Both the position numbers and the translations under genes were made by a program. The notes under the pieces were generated by a model. That model saw only the letters and a program-made list of their open reading frames with translations. It was not told the DNA's origin and searched no databases. Of a stretch of 24,000 bases of DNA, positions 19,048 through 24,000 are shown piece by piece. Source of the stretch: Escherichia coli O22:H8 (lineage in GTDB: Bacteria > Pseudomonadota > Gammaproteobacteria > Enterobacterales > Enterobacteriaceae). Numbering within the stretch: position 1 is the first letter of the stretch; each line of letters begins with the position of its first letter. The stretch lies in NCBI RefSeq assembly GCF_023518355.1, contig NZ_CP067431.1; one strand, 5' to 3'.

Positions 19048-19405
19048 GAATAAATGCCTTGGCCTTTATATGGAAATGTGGAACTGAGTGGATATGCTGT
19101 TTTTGTCTGTTAAACAGAGAAGCTGGCTGTTATCCACTGAGAAGCGAACGAAACAGTCGGGAAAATCTCCCATTATCGTAGAGATCCGCATTATTAATCT
19201 CAGGAGCCTGTGTAGCGTTTATAGGAAGTAGTGTTCTGTCATGATGCCTGCAAGCGGTAACGAAAACGATTTGAATATGCCTTCAGGAACAATAGAAATC
19301 TTCGTGCGGTGTTACGTTGAAGTGGAGCGGATTATGTCAGCAATGGACAGAACAACCTAATGAACACAGAACCATGATGTGGTCTGTCCTTTTACAGCCA
19401 GTAGT

Positions 19406-19455
19406 GCTCGCCGCAGTCGAGCGACAGGGCGAAGCCCTCGAGTGAGCGAGGAAGC
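19406..19455 (-). repeat. 50-bp dispersed hairpin-forming element, copy B
   Basis: Minus strand GCTTCCTCGCTCACTCGAGGGCTTCGCCCTGTCGCTCGACTGCGGCGAGC. Confidence 0.85.
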
Positions 19456-19517
19456 ACCAGGGAACAGCACTTATATATTCTGCTTACACACGATGCCTGA
19501 AAAAACTTCCCTTGGGG

Positions 19518-19534
19518 TTATCCACTTATCCACG
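19518..19534 (+). promoter_or_regulatory. Tandem DnaA boxes of ori2 (TTATCCACTTATCCACG)
   Basis: Two overlapping TTATCCAC(T/G) boxes followed by the AT-rich region and iterons, matching F ori2. Confidence 0.88.
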
Positions 19535-19628
19535 GGGATATTTTTATAATTATTTTTTTTATAGTTTTTAGATCTTCTTTTTTAGAGCGCCTTGTAGGCC
19601 TTTATCCATGCTGGTTCTAGAGAAGGTG

Positions 19629-19725
19629 TTGTGACAAATTGCCCTTTCAGTGTGACAAATCACCCTCAAATGACAGTCCTGTCTGTGACAAATTGCCCTT
19701 AACCCTGTGACAAATTGCCCTCAGA
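19629..19725 (+). repeat. RepFIA ori2 iterons (incB), four copies
   Basis: Repeated TGTGACAAAT(TG/CA)CCCT at about 19630, 19651, 19684 and 19706, as in F ori2. Confidence 0.93.
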
Positions 19726-19778
19726 AGAAGCTGTTTTTTCACAAAGTTATCCCTGCTTATTGACTCTTTTTTATTTAG

Positions 19779-21837
<2,059 letters not shown>

Positions 21838-22090
21838 TCTGAGGGTTATCTGTCACAGATTTGAGGGTGGTTCGTCACATTTGTTCTGACCTACTGAGGG
21901 TAATTTGTCACAGTTTTGCTGTTTCCTTCAGCCTGCATGGATTTTCTCATACTTTTTGAACTGTAATTTTTAAGGAAGCCAAATTTGAGGGCAGTTTGTC
22001 ACAGTTGATTTCCTTCTCTTTCCCTTCGTCATGTGACCTGATATCGGGGGTTAGTTCGTCATCATTGATGAGGGTTGATTATCACAGTTT
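21838..22090 (-). repeat. incC iterons downstream of repE
   Basis: Repeats GAGGGTTATCTGTCAC, GAGGGTGGTTCGTCACA, GAGGGTAATTTGTCACA, GAGGGCAGTTTGTCACA, GGGGTTAGTTCGTCA, GAGGGTTGATTATCACA. Confidence 0.9.
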
Positions 22091-22201
22091 ATTACTCTGA
22101 ATTGGCTATCCGCGTGTGTACCTCTACCTGGAGTTTTTCCCACGGTGGATATTTCTTCTTGCGCTGAGCGTAAGAGCTATCTGACAGAACAGTTCTTCTT
22201 T

Positions 22202-22251
22202 GCTTCCTCGCCAGTTCGCTCGCTATGCTCGGTTACACGGCTGCGGCGAGC
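22202..22251 (+). repeat. 50-bp dispersed element, copy C
   Basis: GCTTCCTCGCCAGTTCGCTCGCTATGCTCGGTTACACGGCTGCGGCGAGC. Confidence 0.85.
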
Positions 22252-22324
22252 GCTAGTGATAATAAGTGACTGAGGTATGTGCTCTTCTTATCTCCTTTTG
22301 TAGTGTTGCTCTTATTTTAAACAA

Positions 22325-22402
22325 CTTTGCGGTTTTTTGATGACTTTGCGATTTTGTTGTTGCTTTGCAGTAAATTGCAAGATTTAATAAAAAAACGCAA
22401 AG
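22325..22402. promoter_or_regulatory. sopAB promoter/operator with CTTTGC motifs
   Basis: CTTTGC at 22325, 22344, 22363 (19-bp spacing) plus inverted GCAAAG at 22397, upstream of sopA. Confidence 0.8.
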
Positions 22403-22415
22403 CAATGATTAAAGG

Positions 22416-23591
22416 ATGTTCAGAATGAAACTCATGGAAACACTTAACCAGTGCATAAACGCTGGTCATGAAATGACGAAGGCTATCGCCATTGCACAGT
22501 TTAATGATGACAGCCCGGAAGCGAGGAAAATAACCCGGCGCTGGAGAATAGGTGAAGCAGCGGATTTAGTTGGGGTTTCTTCTCAGGCTATCAGAGATGC
22601 CGAGAAAGCAGGGCGACTACCGCACCCGGATATGGAAATTCGAGGACGGGTTGAGCAACGTGTTGGTTATACAATTGAACAAATTAATCATATGCGTGAT
22701 GTGTTTGGTACGCGATTGCGACGTGCTGAAGACGTATTTCCACCGGTGATCGGGGTTGCTGCCCATAAAGGTGGCGTTTACAAAACCTCAGTTTCTGTTC
22801 ATCTTGCTCAGGATCTGGCTCTGAAGGGGCTACGTGTTTTGCTCGTGGAAGGTAACGACCCCCAGGGAACAGCCTCAATGTATCACGGATGGGTACCAGA
22901 TCTTCATATTCATGCAGAAGACACTCTCCTGCCTTTCTATCTTGGGGAAAAGGACGATGTCACTTATGCAATAAAGCCCACTTGCTGGCCGGGGCTTGAC
23001 ATTATTCCTTCCTGTCTGGCTCTGCACCGTATTGAAACTGAGTTAATGGGCAAATTTGATGAAGGTAAACTGCCCACCGATCCACACCTGATGCTCCGAC
23101 TGGCCATTGAAACTGTTGCTCATGACTATGATGTCATAGTTATTGACAGCGCGCCTAACCTGGGTATCGGCACGATTAATGTCGTATGTGCTGCTGATGT
23201 GCTGATTGTTCCCACGCCTGCTGAGTTGTTTGACTACACCTCCGCACTGCAGTTTTTCGATATGCTTCGTGATCTGCTCAAGAACGTTGATCTTAAAGGG
23301 TTCGAGCCTGATGTACGTATTTTGCTTACCAAATACAGCAATAGTAATGGCTCTCAGTCCCCGTGGATGGAGGAGCAAATTCGGGATGCCTGGGGAAGCA
23401 TGGTTCTAAAAAATGTTGTACGTGAAACGGATGAAGTTGGTAAAGGTCAGATCCGGATGAGAACTGTTTTTGAACAGGCCATTGATCAACGCTCTTCAAC
23501 TGGTGCCTGGAGAAATGCTCTTTCTATTTGGGAACCTGTCTGCAATGAAATTTTCGATCGTCTGATTAAACCACGCTGGGAGATTAGATAA
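22416..23591 (+). CDS. sopA: SopA (ParA-type) partition ATPase, 391 aa
   Basis: Recognised F SopA with [21 protein letters not shown] Walker motif. Confidence 0.97.
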
Positions 23592-24000
23592 TGAAGCGTG
23601 CGCCTGTTATTCCAAAACATACGCTCAATACTCAACCGGTTGAAGATACTTCGTTATCGACACCAGCTGCCCCGATGGTGGATTCGTTAATTGCGCGCGT
23701 AGGAGTAATGGCTCGCGGTAATGCCATTACTTTGCCTGTATGTGGTCGGGATGTGAAGTTTACTCTTGAAGTGCTCCGGGGTGATAGTGTTGAGAAGACC
23801 TCTCGGGTATGGTCAGGTAATGAACGTGACCAGGAGCTGCTTACTGAGGACGCACTGGATGATCTCATCCCTTCTTTTCTACTGACTGGTCAACAGACAC
23901 CGGCGTTCGGTCGAAGAGTATCTGGTGTCATAGAAATTGCCGATGGGAGTCGCCGTCGTAAAGCTGCTGCACTTACCGAAAGTGATTATCGTGTTCTGGT
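23591..24000 (+). CDS. sopB: SopB (ParB-type) centromere-binding protein, N-terminal part; runs off the window
   Basis: [64 protein letters not shown]...; ATG overlaps the sopA stop. Confidence 0.95.

Overview
The window reads as an IncF (F-like) enterobacterial plasmid maintenance and accessory region. Family and gene names come from recalled protein and DNA sequences; no database search was possible. The right half is colinear with the F RepFIA/pif region: pifA, pifC, ccdAB, resD, ori2 iterons, repE, incC iterons, sopA and sopB (partial). Two genes there are broken. resD has a nonsense codon before its last catalytic residues. repE is split by a 1258-bp IS3-family element with a 3-bp target duplication. 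A second replicon, RepFIB (repB with flanking iterons, a GATC array and a ResD-like recombinase), looks intact and is the likely active one. The left end holds part of a ShuA-like TonB-dependent heme receptor that the ORF track missed, a full-length 1331-bp IS2 with a 5-bp target duplication, an orphan PapB-type adhesin regulator, degenerate IS110-family and IS3-family remnants, and an uncharacterised multi-pass membrane protein. The best candidate for an undescribed system is a translationally coupled two-gene operon at 12591-13770: a small 96-aa protein plus a protein with a C-terminal TIR-like (CAP12/Pycsar-type) domain. It converges on pifA, a KAP-NTPase phage-exclusion gene, across a shared hairpin terminator. 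Also worth follow-up are a protein at 9835-10476 with a Cys/His/Asp papain or transglutaminase-like motif pattern, three dispersed 50-bp elements near the maintenance modules, and an 11-bp-phased GATC array.
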